Position numbers and translations under genes: made by a program | The notes under the pieces: model-generated | What the model saw: the letters and a program-made list of their open reading frames with translations, nothing else | Told to the model about the DNA's origin: nothing | The model's database searches: none | Part shown: piece by piece, positions 28,459 through 39,570 of the stretch | Position numbering within the stretch: the stretch's first letter is position 1 | Layout: every line of letters starts with the position of its first letter | Source of the DNA: Alkalispirochaeta sp. | GTDB lineage: Bacteria > Spirochaetota > Spirochaetia > DSM-27196 > Alkalispirochaetaceae | Length of the DNA: 64,000 bases | Reading direction: 5' to 3' | Assembly (NCBI GenBank): GCA_965601925.1 | Contig: OZ271854.1 | Coordinates: 672,001 to 736,000, forward strand

Positions 28459-29454
28459 GTGAACGTCTCATCTCGGAGCCGCTTGGACCGCATTGCTAAG
28501 CTGAGTATAACCGTTGCGTTCCTCGGCATCGCGGTACAACTCTACCGTCTGTTTATCGAGCTCTCCCGATTCCGGGCCTTTGCGGCGACGGTGGTCAGTC
28601 TCTCGCTGGAGGCACTTCCGTTTCTCATTCTCGGTTCGGTGGCCGCGGCGGCGGTACGAGTCTTTGCTCCCGGCGACGCGCTGCGACGGATCGCCCGACG
28701 CATGGGTCCGGCCGGTATTCCGATCGCCGCGCTGACCGGCATCGTCGCTCCGGTGTGTGAATGCGCCATCGTCCCCACCGTGGCCGGACTACGCGACCGA
28801 GGGCTGCCCCTCCCCTACGCGGTTACGGTCCTTACGGCGGTACCCCTCTTTAATCCGATCGTGTTAGCCTCAACGATCGCGGCATTTCCCGGTCGTCCCG
28901 AGCTCGTTGCGGCACGATTCGGCGGAGGATTCGCCGTTGCGATCCTCACCGGGTTGGTGTTCTATGTAGTCGAGACGGCGCGGGGTGGCAATGCAGCGGA
29001 CGCCGCTCCGGTCGACCCAATTACGAAGTCGGTTCGGATACCGCTCTCGCGCCGTATAGCGGCCCTCGCGGGCGACGCGCTGGATGAGTTTCTGGAAGTC
29101 ACGCGATACTTCATGGTAGGAGTGCTTCTGTCCTCCCTCGTTCAGGTGATGGTTCCGGTTGATTTTTTCGCGACCCTTGGGTCCTCCGCGCTCTTGGCCG
29201 GGTTGGCGATGATCGCGTTGGCCTTCATCCTGTCGGTCTGCAGCGAGGCCGATGCTTTCATCGCCAAGGCTTTTTTGCCGCTCCTGCCCGCCTCGTCGGT
29301 GATCGCTTTCCTCGTTTTCGGACCGATGTTGGATCTCAAGAACACGGCAATGCTTCACCGCGTCATGACCGGACGCCACATTCTCACGCTTGCCGCCGCA
29401 CTGACGACCTTCGTTATTGCGTTGGTATTTGTATTGGAGGCGCTATGGGCGTAA
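28459..29454 (+). CDS. DUF318/YcgR-like permease
   Basis: 'EALPF', 'PVCEC', 'LSVCSEADAF', 'GPMLDLKN'. Start uncertain. Confidence 0.85.
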   Translation: MNVSSRSRLDRIAKLSITVAFLGIAVQLYRLFIELSRFRAFAATVVSLSLEALPFLILGSVAAAAVRVFAPGDALRRIARRMGPAGIPIAALTGIVAPVCECAIVPTVAGLRDRGLPLPYAVTVLTAVPLFNPIVLASTIAAFPGRPELVAARFGGGFAVAILTGLVFYVVETARGGNAADAAPVDPITKSVRIPLSRRIAALAGDALDEFLEVTRYFMVGVLLSSLVQVMVPVDFFATLGSSALLAGLAMIALAFILSVCSEADAFIAKAFLPLLPASSVIAFLVFGPMLDLKNTAMLHRVMTGRHILTLAAALTTFVIALVFVLEALWA

Positions 29455-30362
29455 AACGTATAATCCTGCCGATCGCGGTTACTCTCACGGCGCTCGCGAT
29501 CTTCGGCATCCTCGTCGCGGCTACCGCAAACGGTACGGTGCGCACGATACTCAACCCGCGTATTCTTCCTCGAACGCTCGCAGGCGCGGGCGCACTGCTT
29601 ATACTCGCTGTTTGGCGCCTGTGGCGCGCGATATCGTCACCCGACGCGTGCCACGCGGAAGACGATCATTCCCATGTGCATCAACACTCCCACGGATCGT
29701 CCGTGTTTCGTCGAATCTGGCCGCTGGTGTTGCCCCTCACGCTCCTACCCGCCTCGACGAGTCACCGTTCGGTCGACTATAGCTCGATTCGACTCTTCAC
29801 CGCCGGCGGCGCCGGCATCGCTTCGTCGGACACCCCCGTCGTGCCGCCCCCCGGAGACGAGTTGTGGGTGGACGAGCCCAATACCGCACTCCTCGACGCG
29901 GTCGCCGAGGTCACCGGACTAGCGTCTACGACGGATGAACGCGTCGCCGAGCTCGACGCTTTGGCCCGGTCCTCGGGGATCATCGCCATCGAGGAGGAGA
30001 ACTTCTCGCGGCGTATCGATCTATTGTGGGATGCGCCGGACCGCTTTGTCGGTCGCACCGTCGAGCTCACCGGGTTTGTGTATCGCAGGCCCGACTGGCC
30101 TATGGATACCTTCGTGGTTGCGCGTCTCTCGATCTGGTGTTGCGTCGCCGACGCCGCCGTCGTGGGACTCCTCGTACAGGTGCCGGATGTACACTCCGCG
30201 CCGCCGGACGGCACGTGGATCGATATTCGCGGCGCGGTCGCGCGACGTGACGAGTTCAGGGCGGAGCCGTTGGCGATGGAACATGTGCCCGAGCTGACCG
30301 ATGTTACGTGGACGGTTGTCGATCCTCCCGAATTCGAGTACGTATTTCCCATAGGGTGGTAG
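29445..30362 (+). CDS. TIGR03943/DUF1980 (YcgQ-like) putative permease subunit
   Basis: Three TMs, His-rich 'CHAEDDHSHVHQHSHG', 'GFVYR', 'ARLSIWCCVADA'. Confidence 0.85.
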   Translation: MGVKRIILPIAVTLTALAIFGILVAATANGTVRTILNPRILPRTLAGAGALLILAVWRLWRAISSPDACHAEDDHSHVHQHSHGSSVFRRIWPLVLPLTLLPASTSHRSVDYSSIRLFTAGGAGIASSDTPVVPPPGDELWVDEPNTALLDAVAEVTGLASTTDERVAELDALARSSGIIAIEEENFSRRIDLLWDAPDRFVGRTVELTGFVYRRPDWPMDTFVVARLSIWCCVADAAVVGLLVQVPDVHSAPPDGTWIDIRGAVARRDEFRAEPLAMEHVPELTDVTWTVVDPPEFEYVFPIGW

Positions 30363-30387
30363 AGATTCGCGCCGCAAAGGGGGTGTT

Positions 30388-30885
30388 GTGATCGGTACTA
30401 TAGGAGCGACGGTCGCCGGCTCCGTTTTGATTCTTGCCGCGGTGGTGGGTTGCGTAGTCCCGGTGATTCCGGGACCGATTCTGGCGGCGGCGGCGTTATA
30501 CGTGTTATCGCTCGCCGCAGGGTGGTCCGTCTTTTCATGGCCCGTCTTGATCGGGTGGACCGTCGCGGCAGCGGCCGTACAGATTCTCGACAACATCTTA
30601 CCGGCCCGTGCAGCCGGTCGCGCGGGCGCGGGTCCGGGCGGTGTGTGGGGGAGCGTGGTCGGCATGCTCGCCGGGACGATTCTCTTTCCACCGTTCGGCG
30701 TCTTCATCGGCGCGTTCGTCGGTGCGTGGGTGGGCGAGATACTCTTTCATCGCGAGAACGAAGAGCCCCTGAAGGCGGCTTTCGCGGTCTTTCGCGGTAC
30801 CTTGGGAGCAATCGTTCTCAAACTTGCGGTAACCGGAGCGATCGGATTCGTATTCGTACGCGGCGCCGTCCGCCTCTTTGCATAG
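30388..30885 (+). CDS. DUF456 membrane protein
   Basis: 'VPVIPGP', 'WGSVVG..G..FPPFG..IGAFVGA..GE'. Confidence 0.85.
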   Translation: MIGTIGATVAGSVLILAAVVGCVVPVIPGPILAAAALYVLSLAAGWSVFSWPVLIGWTVAAAAVQILDNILPARAAGRAGAGPGGVWGSVVGMLAGTILFPPFGVFIGAFVGAWVGEILFHRENEEPLKAAFAVFRGTLGAIVLKLAVTGAIGFVFVRGAVRLFA

Positions 30886-30917
30886 TGTACCGACCGTAGT
30901 GCGGTACGAAGCGGCGC

Positions 30918-32699
30918 CTATGCGTCCTCTTCATCGGCGGCCGATATCACGAAGGTACTCACGCGACCGGCGAGTTCCTCCGCCTCTCGAGTCAGCGAAG
31001 CGACAAGAGCCTGTACGCGATCGATTTCCTCGCCTGAGCTGTGCGCCTGGCGATTGATGCGATCGCTCTCTCTGCGCACCTCGCCCGCAAGCGACTCCAT
31101 GGAAGACAACGACGTGCGCACTTGCTGCGCCTCCTCGTCGGCGGACTGTACGCTTGTGCGCGTCGCCTCTGAGGACTCGCGAAGAGTATGCAGCCGACCG
31201 GCCAACTCACGATGTTGAGCCTCCAAACGATCGGTGTCGGCGGCGATCGTCTCCAGTGCACCGCTTACCCGTCCGATCTCCTCTTCGAACCGCACGAAGG
31301 TATCGCTCGTCTCGCTACTGATCTGCGACGCCTGCCGAATCATGACCACCAAGTCCTTCAGAACCGTAGCGATGTTGTGAGAGCTGTCTCCCGCTTCGGT
31401 CGAGAGCTTACGGATTTCATCGGCCACGACCGCGAAGCCCTTCCCCGCCTCGCCGGCGTGGGACGCCTCGATCGCGGCGTTCATAGCGAGGAGATTGGTC
31501 TGCTCGGCTATGCTCTGGATGAGATCGATGAAGTCGTTGATCCCCTCGACCCGGGCGGCGGTATCACCCATGAGCGTGCTGCTACGCCCGGCACTCTCGC
31601 TTGAGGTACGCGTCGCCTCCTGCAGTGCAGCCGAAGCGCTGCGCGCCTCGTGCGCTCGCTCTAAGCTTCCGGCAAGCGTCTTTTCCATATCGGCAAGGGA
31701 CTCAACGAGCCCGTCGATGGTGACGTCCTCGGTCTCGACGCGTTCGGCGAGAACATGCACGTGTTCGGCAATGCCGCCGACTCTTCGTGTCGACTCCTCT
31801 ACGTGATCGCCGAGATGGCCGATCTCTTCGGCGATGGCGCCGGTATCGACGCCGATCGACCGAAAGGACTCGAGTGCGCCGTCGGCAAACTGCTTCAGCT
31901 GATGGCCCGCCTCGACCGTGCGAGCCGTCCCTTGCGTAATGCCGTCGATCACGTGGCCGAACTGACCGAGCAAGGAGTCGACCGCAGCGGCGATGCGCCC
32001 CAACTCGGTGCGTCCCCTCTCCCCGAGTCGGCCCGTCAAATCGCCCTCTTCCGCCGCGGCCAACGTGCGCTCTATCGGCCGAACCGGCTTCAGCAACCGG
32101 TTGAGAATTGAACCGAACAGCACGAACAGCAGGACCGCACTCACGGCAACGGCGATTGCGAGCCCCGTTAAGAGCCGTCGCACGCCGGCGTAGCGCGTCG
32201 CGTTACTCATCACGAATCCGGTGTACCAGTCCCAAGGCCGGTAATAAGAATAGATCACCCATCCCGAGAAGGAACCGGTACGAACCTCTCGGTCGCGACG
32301 TTCGTTCGCCTGAGAAAGCTCGGAGATCGTGCCGTCGGTGACGAGAGAGGAGAAAAAGGCGGCGTCCAGCCCGCTCTCCGACAAATGGAGAATCGTCTGT
32401 CCGTCGCCGTTGACGATAAACGGGTACGCCCGCGACTCGGCAAAGCCCAAATAGCGGCTCTCGAGGCGATCGAGAAGCTCGCCTTGGATCCGTTGCACCT
32501 CTTCGGTTGCCGCCGATACGGCGTCGACGACACGATAATCATACTCGAAGTTTCTGATACGCTCGGAGTAGTCGCTTCGATCGAGCTGTCCGATCTCGTA
32601 GAGGAGGCTGAGGACCGATAGTGTGATGGTTAACAGGCCGAGTACGACCGTTACCGCTCCCGCCGCGAGATACAAGGGCGTTCGTAATGTACCGCGCAT
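30918..32699 (-). CDS. Methyl-accepting chemotaxis protein
   Basis: TM-Cache('YRPWDW')-TM-HAMP, '[33 protein letters not shown]'. Confidence 0.9.
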   Translation of the reverse strand: MRGTLRTPLYLAAGAVTVVLGLLTITLSVLSLLYEIGQLDRSDYSERIRNFEYDYRVVDAVSAATEEVQRIQGELLDRLESRYLGFAESRAYPFIVNGDGQTILHLSESGLDAAFFSSLVTDGTISELSQANERRDREVRTGSFSGWVIYSYYRPWDWYTGFVMSNATRYAGVRRLLTGLAIAVAVSAVLLFVLFGSILNRLLKPVRPIERTLAAAEEGDLTGRLGERGRTELGRIAAAVDSLLGQFGHVIDGITQGTARTVEAGHQLKQFADGALESFRSIGVDTGAIAEEIGHLGDHVEESTRRVGGIAEHVHVLAERVETEDVTIDGLVESLADMEKTLAGSLERAHEARSASAALQEATRTSSESAGRSSTLMGDTAARVEGINDFIDLIQSIAEQTNLLAMNAAIEASHAGEAGKGFAVVADEIRKLSTEAGDSSHNIATVLKDLVVMIRQASQISSETSDTFVRFEEEIGRVSGALETIAADTDRLEAQHRELAGRLHTLRESSEATRTSVQSADEEAQQVRTSLSSMESLAGEVRRESDRINRQAHSSGEEIDRVQALVASLTREAEELAGRVSTFVISAADEEDA

Positions 32700-32760
32700 A
32701 CCATCAGTGTATCGCGTGCGGCGATCGGGTGCCATAGCGGCGCATCGAGATACCGAGGAT

Positions 32761-35715
32761 TCAGCCGAGCGAGCGTACGATCCGTGACCCCTCGTCCTCG
32801 TCGAGCTCGATCCGCAGACACGCGTCGATCTCCTGCTGCAACGCTTCCACGTGCGAGATCACACCGACGACCCGGTGCTCTTTGCGCAGATCCTTGAGCG
32901 TGGCAAAGACATCTTGTAACGCATCTCCGTCGAGGGAACCGAACCCTTCGTCGAGAAAGAAGAATCCCGGGAGGCCGTCCTCGGAGGCGCCGCGATCGAT
33001 ACTATCCACGAGCGCCAATGCAAGGCACAACGCAGCCTGAAAGGTCTGCCCGCCCGAGAGCGTTTTGATGCTTCGGCGACGACCACCGTTGAGGTAGTCG
33101 ACGACCTCGAAATCTCGATCACCTCGGAGCGCCAAATGGAGCTGATTGCGCGTCAATCGACGGAACCGCTCATTGGCCGCGGCAACCAACTGCTCCAAAT
33201 ACACTTGCGCTACGTAGCCGACAAATCCCGCTCCCTTGAAGAGGTTACGTACGGTCTGGATGTCGCCGATACGCGCTGCAAGATGTGTCTCCCGTTCGAC
33301 GAGCTCGGCGTGTCGCGCCAGCTGGCGTCGAGCAAGCTCCAAGTCGCTCTCGAGGGCCCCGGTACGTGTATCGATGCGCCGGATCTCTCCTTCCAGAGTC
33401 CGTACCCGTTCGCGCTCACGGTCGAGAGCGTCGGGTTCATACGGGCGATCGGTGAGCTCGGCCTCGATCGTTCGCAATCGATCGGAGACCGTCCGTTGCG
33501 CCTCGCGATATCGATCGATCCGACGACGATAATCGGGGATGCCCGGAAGGTCGGCCACATACGCGTTCAGACGCTCGTCGTCGGCATCGCGAATCGCCGA
33601 CGGCGAGTCGGCACGCTCCCGATAGAGGTCGTCTTCCGCCTCGGTCCGCTCGGCGGAGATGCGTTCGTACTGTTCCCGCCGTTCTTCCTCCTGTACGCGC
33701 AAACGTTCGGCCTCGAGTGAGCGCTCCTCGGCGATGCGTGTCGCCTCTTCCAAGTCCGCCTCCAAGCGCCCGATCTCTCGATCGAGCTCCTCGGCCCGCC
33801 GATGCGGTTCGCCCGCGACATCTCCTTCGAACCGCCGTCGTTCCTCCTCATCGAACCCGTCGAGCAACGTGGCGATACGAGTATCCAGCGCTTCGATTTT
33901 TCCCGCGGATTTGCCGTGAGACGCGTGGTAACTCGCAAGGCGGTCTGCGATATCGCGCCGTTTTTCGCGGATGCGCTCCAACGTCTCCCGGCGCGCGTCG
34001 ATCCGGTCGTGCCGTTTCCACGCCTCATCAACCTCGCGCGCGGCGCGCTCCGGGTCGCCTACGAGTGCGGGATCTCCGTCCTCCCCGTCGACCAGGGCGG
34101 CCTCTTCACGATCGAGAGCCTCAAAGGTCGCCTTGAGTCCCCGAAGCGCCTCGATACGTCGATCGAACTCCTCGATCGACGGCCGGTCCCGGGACGACTC
34201 CTCGACGGCGGCCGCGACGAGACGGCGGCCGTCGGGATGGTGGGTCGAACCGCACAACGGACACGGTTCCCCGTCGGTGAGTCCGTCGGCCAACGCGGCT
34301 AAGTGTCGGGCGAGATCCGCCTCACGCCGATCCCTCTGTGCACTTTCGCGTCGTTCCGCGAGCGTCGCGAGCGCGCGCTCGATATCGTGCGCATCGTCGG
34401 CGTCGATGCCGAACTTCCGCGGGGCGTCGCGTCGGAGCCGCCGCAGGCGGGTGAGCGCATCCAGTCGGGTGCGTGCAACTTCGATCACAGCGCCTCGCCG
34501 TCGCAACTCGTCGCGGTCGAGAAGCCCCCCTTGGAGCTCCTCGATCGCCGCGCGCATATCGCGTTCCTGTTGCGCGCCGACCTCATCCTCGGATCGCAGG
34601 CGTTCGACCGCATCCCGATCCCGCGAGGTCTCATCGAGGAGGGCGAGCCGCTCGGAGGCGAGAAACAGCGCATCGCGACGACGCACGAGCTCGTCCTTGA
34701 GAACGCTCCGTTTCATAAGCGCCTCCCGTCGCGATCGCGCGGCGTCCAGCTGGGTCCGGGCGGGGCCGACCTTCTGCGTCGTTTCGGCGAGGCGTGCGCG
34801 CGCTTCTCCCTCGGTTTTACGTGCGCGCTCCCGCCGCTCCCAGATGGGACGAATGCGATCGCGCACGAGTTCCAGAACTGCGACGTGCTCACCGAGGGTC
34901 TCAATGTCGGCTCGTTGCGCGTCCAAATCGGCCGCCTCTCCGGCGAGTCGCGCTCGCTCCTCGATGAGGCGAGAACGCGCTTCCAAGGCGGCAAGCTCCT
35001 CGGCGGCGCGAGTCCGCTCGGCGCGCGCTTCCTCGCCGCGTTTCCGCAGACTCTCCAGCTCCTCTTCCGCCGCCTCAACGCGGGTCCGGAGCTCGGCGGG
35101 CAGCTCGCCCAACGCCGCCTGCACCGCCTCATACTCCCTCCGCGCGCGGTTATAGAGCGTCGTCGCCGAGCGATAGAGATCGAACCGTTCGAGCTGAAAG
35201 AGCTCTTTCATCATCGCGGTACGCTCGCCGCCGCCGAGTTGCAAGAACTCCTGGAAGCGTCCCTGGGGAATGATCGTCGTGCGACGAAAATTGGCGTAGT
35301 TGAGCCCGATAATGGGCTCGGCATCGGGGGTCTCCAAAGGACGCCATTCTCTCGTGTCCCGGTCGTAAACGTACGCGCGACGCGTGAAACTGCCGGCGCT
35401 GTCGACACGCTTCTTGTCGCGCTTGGCCGCTACCGTGAAACGGTACGTCTCCCCGTCGCGAGACAGAAACTCGAAATCCACCGACAGACGGTCGCTGCGG
35501 AGGTTGAGCATGTTGTAGCTTCGGCTGTCGCGTTGGTTCAGTCGCGCCGACTCTCCGTAAAGCGCGAGGGTGATCGCCTCGAGAATCGACGATTTACCGC
35601 TGCCGACACGGCCGAAAATACCGAATAGACTTGCTGAGGTGAGGGGACGAAAGTCGATGTCGACCTCTCGCCGATAGGAATAAAATCCCTCCATCTTTAA
35701 TCGTACGGGGATCAT
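32761..35715 (-). CDS. sbcC: SMC-like exonuclease ATPase subunit
   Basis: GRVGSGKSS, 'IPQGRF', zinc hook CPLCGS, LSGGQ, FLDEGFG. Confidence 0.93.
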   Translation of the reverse strand: MIPVRLKMEGFYSYRREVDIDFRPLTSASLFGIFGRVGSGKSSILEAITLALYGESARLNQRDSRSYNMLNLRSDRLSVDFEFLSRDGETYRFTVAAKRDKKRVDSAGSFTRRAYVYDRDTREWRPLETPDAEPIIGLNYANFRRTTIIPQGRFQEFLQLGGGERTAMMKELFQLERFDLYRSATTLYNRARREYEAVQAALGELPAELRTRVEAAEEELESLRKRGEEARAERTRAAEELAALEARSRLIEERARLAGEAADLDAQRADIETLGEHVAVLELVRDRIRPIWERRERARKTEGEARARLAETTQKVGPARTQLDAARSRREALMKRSVLKDELVRRRDALFLASERLALLDETSRDRDAVERLRSEDEVGAQQERDMRAAIEELQGGLLDRDELRRRGAVIEVARTRLDALTRLRRLRRDAPRKFGIDADDAHDIERALATLAERRESAQRDRREADLARHLAALADGLTDGEPCPLCGSTHHPDGRRLVAAAVEESSRDRPSIEEFDRRIEALRGLKATFEALDREEAALVDGEDGDPALVGDPERAAREVDEAWKRHDRIDARRETLERIREKRRDIADRLASYHASHGKSAGKIEALDTRIATLLDGFDEEERRRFEGDVAGEPHRRAEELDREIGRLEADLEEATRIAEERSLEAERLRVQEEERREQYERISAERTEAEDDLYRERADSPSAIRDADDERLNAYVADLPGIPDYRRRIDRYREAQRTVSDRLRTIEAELTDRPYEPDALDRERERVRTLEGEIRRIDTRTGALESDLELARRQLARHAELVERETHLAARIGDIQTVRNLFKGAGFVGYVAQVYLEQLVAAANERFRRLTRNQLHLALRGDRDFEVVDYLNGGRRRSIKTLSGGQTFQAALCLALALVDSIDRGASEDGLPGFFFLDEGFGSLDGDALQDVFATLKDLRKEHRVVGVISHVEALQQEIDACLRIELDEDEGSRIVRSLG

Positions 35716-37007
35716 CGAATCGCTCCTTCGTCCACCTCGCCATCGTCCTCCGACGGCGCCGCTACGATCTCCGCCAACAGCTCGATGATGGTATCCGGAG
35801 GCTCCTGCCCCGTGCGATCGCGGAAGAAACGCGAAAACAACTCACCCATGTCGCCGCGCGGATCGAGACCGGTGCGGCGCGACTCCTCGGAGTCACCGGC
35901 GGATATGACCGGAACGATCGTTACGATACGACGGTGCGCCTCGTGTAATCGCCGACGATCCGCACCGGAAAGATACTCCGGCAGGGTGAGACTCAACTCC
36001 ACCAAACAGTCGCGATGCGCGGCAAGCCAAGCGACCGCGCCGTCGACCGAGTGGGCGTGGTGGCGCACAAGGGGCAATCCGCCGGAAAGACGACGCTCGC
36101 GGATCTCCGGATCGGCGCCGAGTGAATCGTGTGACTCGACCTCGACGATCGTGACGCTTTTGGCCTGCCCCGCCTCCGAGAAGCTGTAACTCAAGGGGCT
36201 CCCGCTGTAGCGCACCGCCGCCGGGCCGGCGACGGCGTGAGGCCGGTGGAGATGACCGCACGCGACGTACTGAATACGCGACGGTACGATGGCCGTGGAG
36301 AGCGCCGGAGCTCCGCCGATGTGCCCTATCGGCCGCTCCGATTCGGGCTCTTCCGGCGGGGCCGCAGGGTCGGCGGCGAACAGGAGGTGGGCCACCATAA
36401 GATCGATCCCGTCGTCACGACAGTGCTCGGCGACGAGGCCGCTCCACGCCTCCTGCAACACGTGTTGGAGCGCTCGATCCGCCTCGTCCTCCTCGGTTGT
36501 GCTCCCCGCTCGTTCGCCGACGAGAGCGCGACGCAAGCGAAACTCATTGGCGTACGGTGCGAGGAGGATGCGAACGGGGATGCCGGCGATTCCGGGGCGA
36601 TCGATTGCAAGCTCGACCAGACCGGGGACGGTATGTGTTACCGAGACCCTACCGGCCGCAAAACGGGGGACGGTCGTGTCCGGGTAGCCGGCCAGGATGA
36701 TGCCGTGGCGACGGGCGAGTACCTCAGGAGCGACGACTCTGTCCGGCGAATCGTGGTTACCCGCTACCGCCACAACCGCCCGCTCGCCGTCGCGAGCGAG
36801 ATCCTTTAAGGTTCTGTAGAGCAACTCCTGCGCGTCGCTTGCGGGATTGAACGTATCGAACAGGTCTCCGGCGACGAGGACGAGGTCGACATCCTCATCG
36901 TCGGCGACGGTGACGATCTCCGAAAGTATGCGTTCCTGCTCCTCGAGTCGCGCGAATCGTTCGAGGCGTTTTCCGATATGCCAGTCGGCGGTGTGTAGAA
37001 TCTTCAT
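35712..37007 (-). CDS. sbcD: Exonuclease subunit D (metallophosphoesterase)
   Basis: 'HTADWHIG', GDLFD, GNHDS, GHLH, 'YSGSPL.YSFSE'. Confidence 0.94.
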   Translation of the reverse strand: MKILHTADWHIGKRLERFARLEEQERILSEIVTVADDEDVDLVLVAGDLFDTFNPASDAQELLYRTLKDLARDGERAVVAVAGNHDSPDRVVAPEVLARRHGIILAGYPDTTVPRFAAGRVSVTHTVPGLVELAIDRPGIAGIPVRILLAPYANEFRLRRALVGERAGSTTEEDEADRALQHVLQEAWSGLVAEHCRDDGIDLMVAHLLFAADPAAPPEEPESERPIGHIGGAPALSTAIVPSRIQYVACGHLHRPHAVAGPAAVRYSGSPLSYSFSEAGQAKSVTIVEVESHDSLGADPEIRERRLSGGLPLVRHHAHSVDGAVAWLAAHRDCLVELSLTLPEYLSGADRRRLHEAHRRIVTIVPVISAGDSEESRRTGLDPRGDMGELFSRFFRDRTGQEPPDTIIELLAEIVAAPSEDDGEVDEGAIR

Positions 37008-37267
37008 GGTTGCGGATCGTCGGCGACAAACGCACGAGGGCGCGGTCGTTCACCCTATGCGCGTCTCGACGGAACTACGGTCGCGGCCCGACGTTTGGCC
37101 GCGATGCGCGCACGGCGCCGAGCGGCTCGTCGATTCCGTCCGGCGTTCCCCGAGGTCTCCGTCCGCGACTATAAGATATCCCGGCTGCGATGCCAATCTC
37201 TCGAGCCTACCTCCGCCCCGGACGGACGACGTGACAAGAGGAAGCGTGAGGGGTGATACTGATAGTT

Positions 37268-38923
37268 ATGAAACGCCGTGGAGCCGTCATGGCGACGATT
37301 GTACTGAGCATAGTGTGGGCGACGCCGATCGGTGCGGTGGAGATTGCCGGTATCATAGGGTTCGACGGTGCGGTGCGGGCGCGTCGCTGGAATCCCATTC
37401 TCGTATCGTTGGCCGCGGGCGCCGCGCCGACGGTGGCCATTCTGGAGATCGAAACGTCGCCGGGGCCGCTCGCGAGCGGGCGCGAGAGTCGCTACACCGT
37501 TCGTCGGTCCATACGCTTGGAGCCGGGCGAACGGAGACTCTTCCGCGAGGTCGTGCCGATCGGACGTACGATTCTCCCGGTACGGGTGCGCGTGGTGGAA
37601 CAGCACGACGGCGGCGAGACGAGAGACGTACAACCCACCGCCCAGCCGGGGACACGCACCATCGCGGAAGAGAGCCTATCTCCCGCGCTCACGCTCACCG
37701 ATCGGCCTCTCATCATCGCACTCGGCGCCTCCCCGACGCTTGTCGCTGAGGTATCGACCGGTGGCACGGTCGTTACCCCCTTCGTGGAACAGCTGCCCGA
37801 GCACGCGGCGGGCTATGAGCCGGCCTCTCTGATAATCACCGATCGCTCGTCAATTGCGCGCACCACCGCGGCGCAACGGAGAGCGCTCTTGGACTGGGTC
37901 GATGCCGGTGGAACGATGGTGTGGCTCGGCGAAGCGGCGATGATCGAGCGCGATCTCGATATCGGCGCGCTCGGGGAGCCCGCCGGAGTCGTATTCGTCG
38001 CACCGGACGGGGGGGAAGGGACGACACTCGCGGCCGTTCTACGGCACGTGGAGACGACCGAAGGGGCACCTCAGCTCCCTATCTTCAGCGATCGGGTCGC
38101 ATTTGCCGACGAGACGCATAGAGCACTCTTACCGGGGTTGGTTTATCGATATCCGTCGCGACTCAGCGCGGCGTTGCCGCTTGCTATGGTCACCGCCGCC
38201 TTTTGGTGGTTTGCCTCGCCCGCACGTCGCACCGGCTCCCCCTATCGCGTCCTTGTCATCCTCGGCGCGACGATAGTGCTCTACGTCACCTTCGGCGTCA
38301 TAGCCAGGCCGCCGGTCACCGTCGGGGTCGAGGTACAGACACTCAACGCCTCCTCGTCCGCGAGACGAGGAATACTCCACCGTGAGTTGCTGCTCGCCTC
38401 CGTAGCCCCCGCGACTCGACGTGTCACAATATCGTCCACGGAGGTCGTCGTACCGATGTGGGGCGAGACGATTGTGGAGCGGAACGGCGCCGGATCGCTC
38501 TCTTTCACCCTCGAGACGGAGGCGTGGAATCACCGGTACGCCGTCTTGGCGCAGCGGCATCGCGTCCCGTTACACGCCCGTTACGCCGACCAGACGCTTG
38601 TCGTCGCCGCGGACGAAAGTGTGGCCGTCTCCTCCTTCGCAACGGTCAGGTCGACGGAGGTAGGATTTTTCGGTCCGTTGGAGCCCTCATCGGTCCGAAC
38701 CCTGTCGAGCGAGGAGCTCACCGTCGGCGGCGCCGGTGAGGGCGTAGAGCTGCGCCTCGAGAGACTGCGCGACGAGCTACGTCGTCGGGGTCGGCGATTA
38801 CTCGACGCGGATATGTCGGTCATCGCCCTCCTTCGACACCCTCTCACGGCGCCGCTTCTCGACGATGCCGGAGACCGCACGGTAACGCGAGTCGAACTCG
38901 ACATCACGGGGGGCGATCTATGA
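37268..38923 (+). CDS. Membrane-associated protein of MoxR operon (class-I GATase-like middle domain)
   Basis: Signal peptide, 'GFDG..R..W.PI', 'Q..ALLDWVDAGGT', two TMs. Start uncertain. Confidence 0.6.
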   Translation: MKRRGAVMATIVLSIVWATPIGAVEIAGIIGFDGAVRARRWNPILVSLAAGAAPTVAILEIETSPGPLASGRESRYTVRRSIRLEPGERRLFREVVPIGRTILPVRVRVVEQHDGGETRDVQPTAQPGTRTIAEESLSPALTLTDRPLIIALGASPTLVAEVSTGGTVVTPFVEQLPEHAAGYEPASLIITDRSSIARTTAAQRRALLDWVDAGGTMVWLGEAAMIERDLDIGALGEPAGVVFVAPDGGEGTTLAAVLRHVETTEGAPQLPIFSDRVAFADETHRALLPGLVYRYPSRLSAALPLAMVTAAFWWFASPARRTGSPYRVLVILGATIVLYVTFGVIARPPVTVGVEVQTLNASSSARRGILHRELLLASVAPATRRVTISSTEVVVPMWGETIVERNGAGSLSFTLETEAWNHRYAVLAQRHRVPLHARYADQTLVVAADESVAVSSFATVRSTEVGFFGPLEPSSVRTLSSEELTVGGAGEGVELRLERLRDELRRRGRRLLDADMSVIALLRHPLTAPLLDDAGDRTVTRVELDITGGDL

Positions 38924-39570
38924 TCGGTACGACGCTCCAAGATCGCGTTGCCGCAACATGGGTCGTCGGCGGCTTGTCGATCGTCGTCGCCCTCACGTGG
39001 CCCGGATCGAGTCTGTTGGAGCTCTTCGCCGCCGGCGGAACGCCGACGATGGTGGAGGCGATACGTCTCACGCTCCCTCTTTCGGCACTATGCGCCGGCG
39101 GCTATCTGGGTTCGAGAACGGACGGAGGCGGACGGCGGCGCACCATACCGGAGCATATTGCCGGAATCGCGCTCTTTGCCGGCGCAACGCTCCCCCCGGT
39201 TGCGGTGGCGGCCGGAGTGTTGGCGTTGGGGCCGACGGCGGTGCCGACTCTCGCTCTTTTGGCGGCGATTCTGGCTGCGACGGCACGCGGCATCGCGATT
39301 ATCGCTCACACGATCGTCCGAGCGTCGGTTTTGAGGAGTATATTGGTATGGGGACTACTCGGCTCCATTCTCGCCGTATCGACGTTGTACGTACCGGCGG
39401 CTAACCCGTTCGCCATGGCAGCGATGTTGAGCGACCCCGGCACGCCGATGGGCGCACACGACGTCGTCGCGCGATGGAGTCCGGTCGCCGGCTGGGCCGT
39501 GGCGGCCGCGATCGTTTTAGGCATTGCCGCTCGCCTACAGCACCGGAAGCGGGGGAATCGCGATGGATGA
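38920..39570 (+). CDS. Integral membrane protein (ABC-2 permease-like)
   Basis: About 6 hydrophobic segments, 'NPF'. ATGA overlap with the previous gene. Confidence 0.55.
   Translation: MIGTTLQDRVAATWVVGGLSIVVALTWPGSSLLELFAAGGTPTMVEAIRLTLPLSALCAGGYLGSRTDGGGRRRTIPEHIAGIALFAGATLPPVAVAAGVLALGPTAVPTLALLAAILAATARGIAIIAHTIVRASVLRSILVWGLLGSILAVSTLYVPAANPFAMAAMLSDPGTPMGAHDVVARWSPVAGWAVAAAIVLGIAARLQHRKRGNRDG

Noticed and set aside
32761..37007. SMC-like ATPase + nuclease as Wadjet/Lamassu-type defence
   Set aside because: The zinc hook and Mre11-like phosphoesterase match standard SbcCD.
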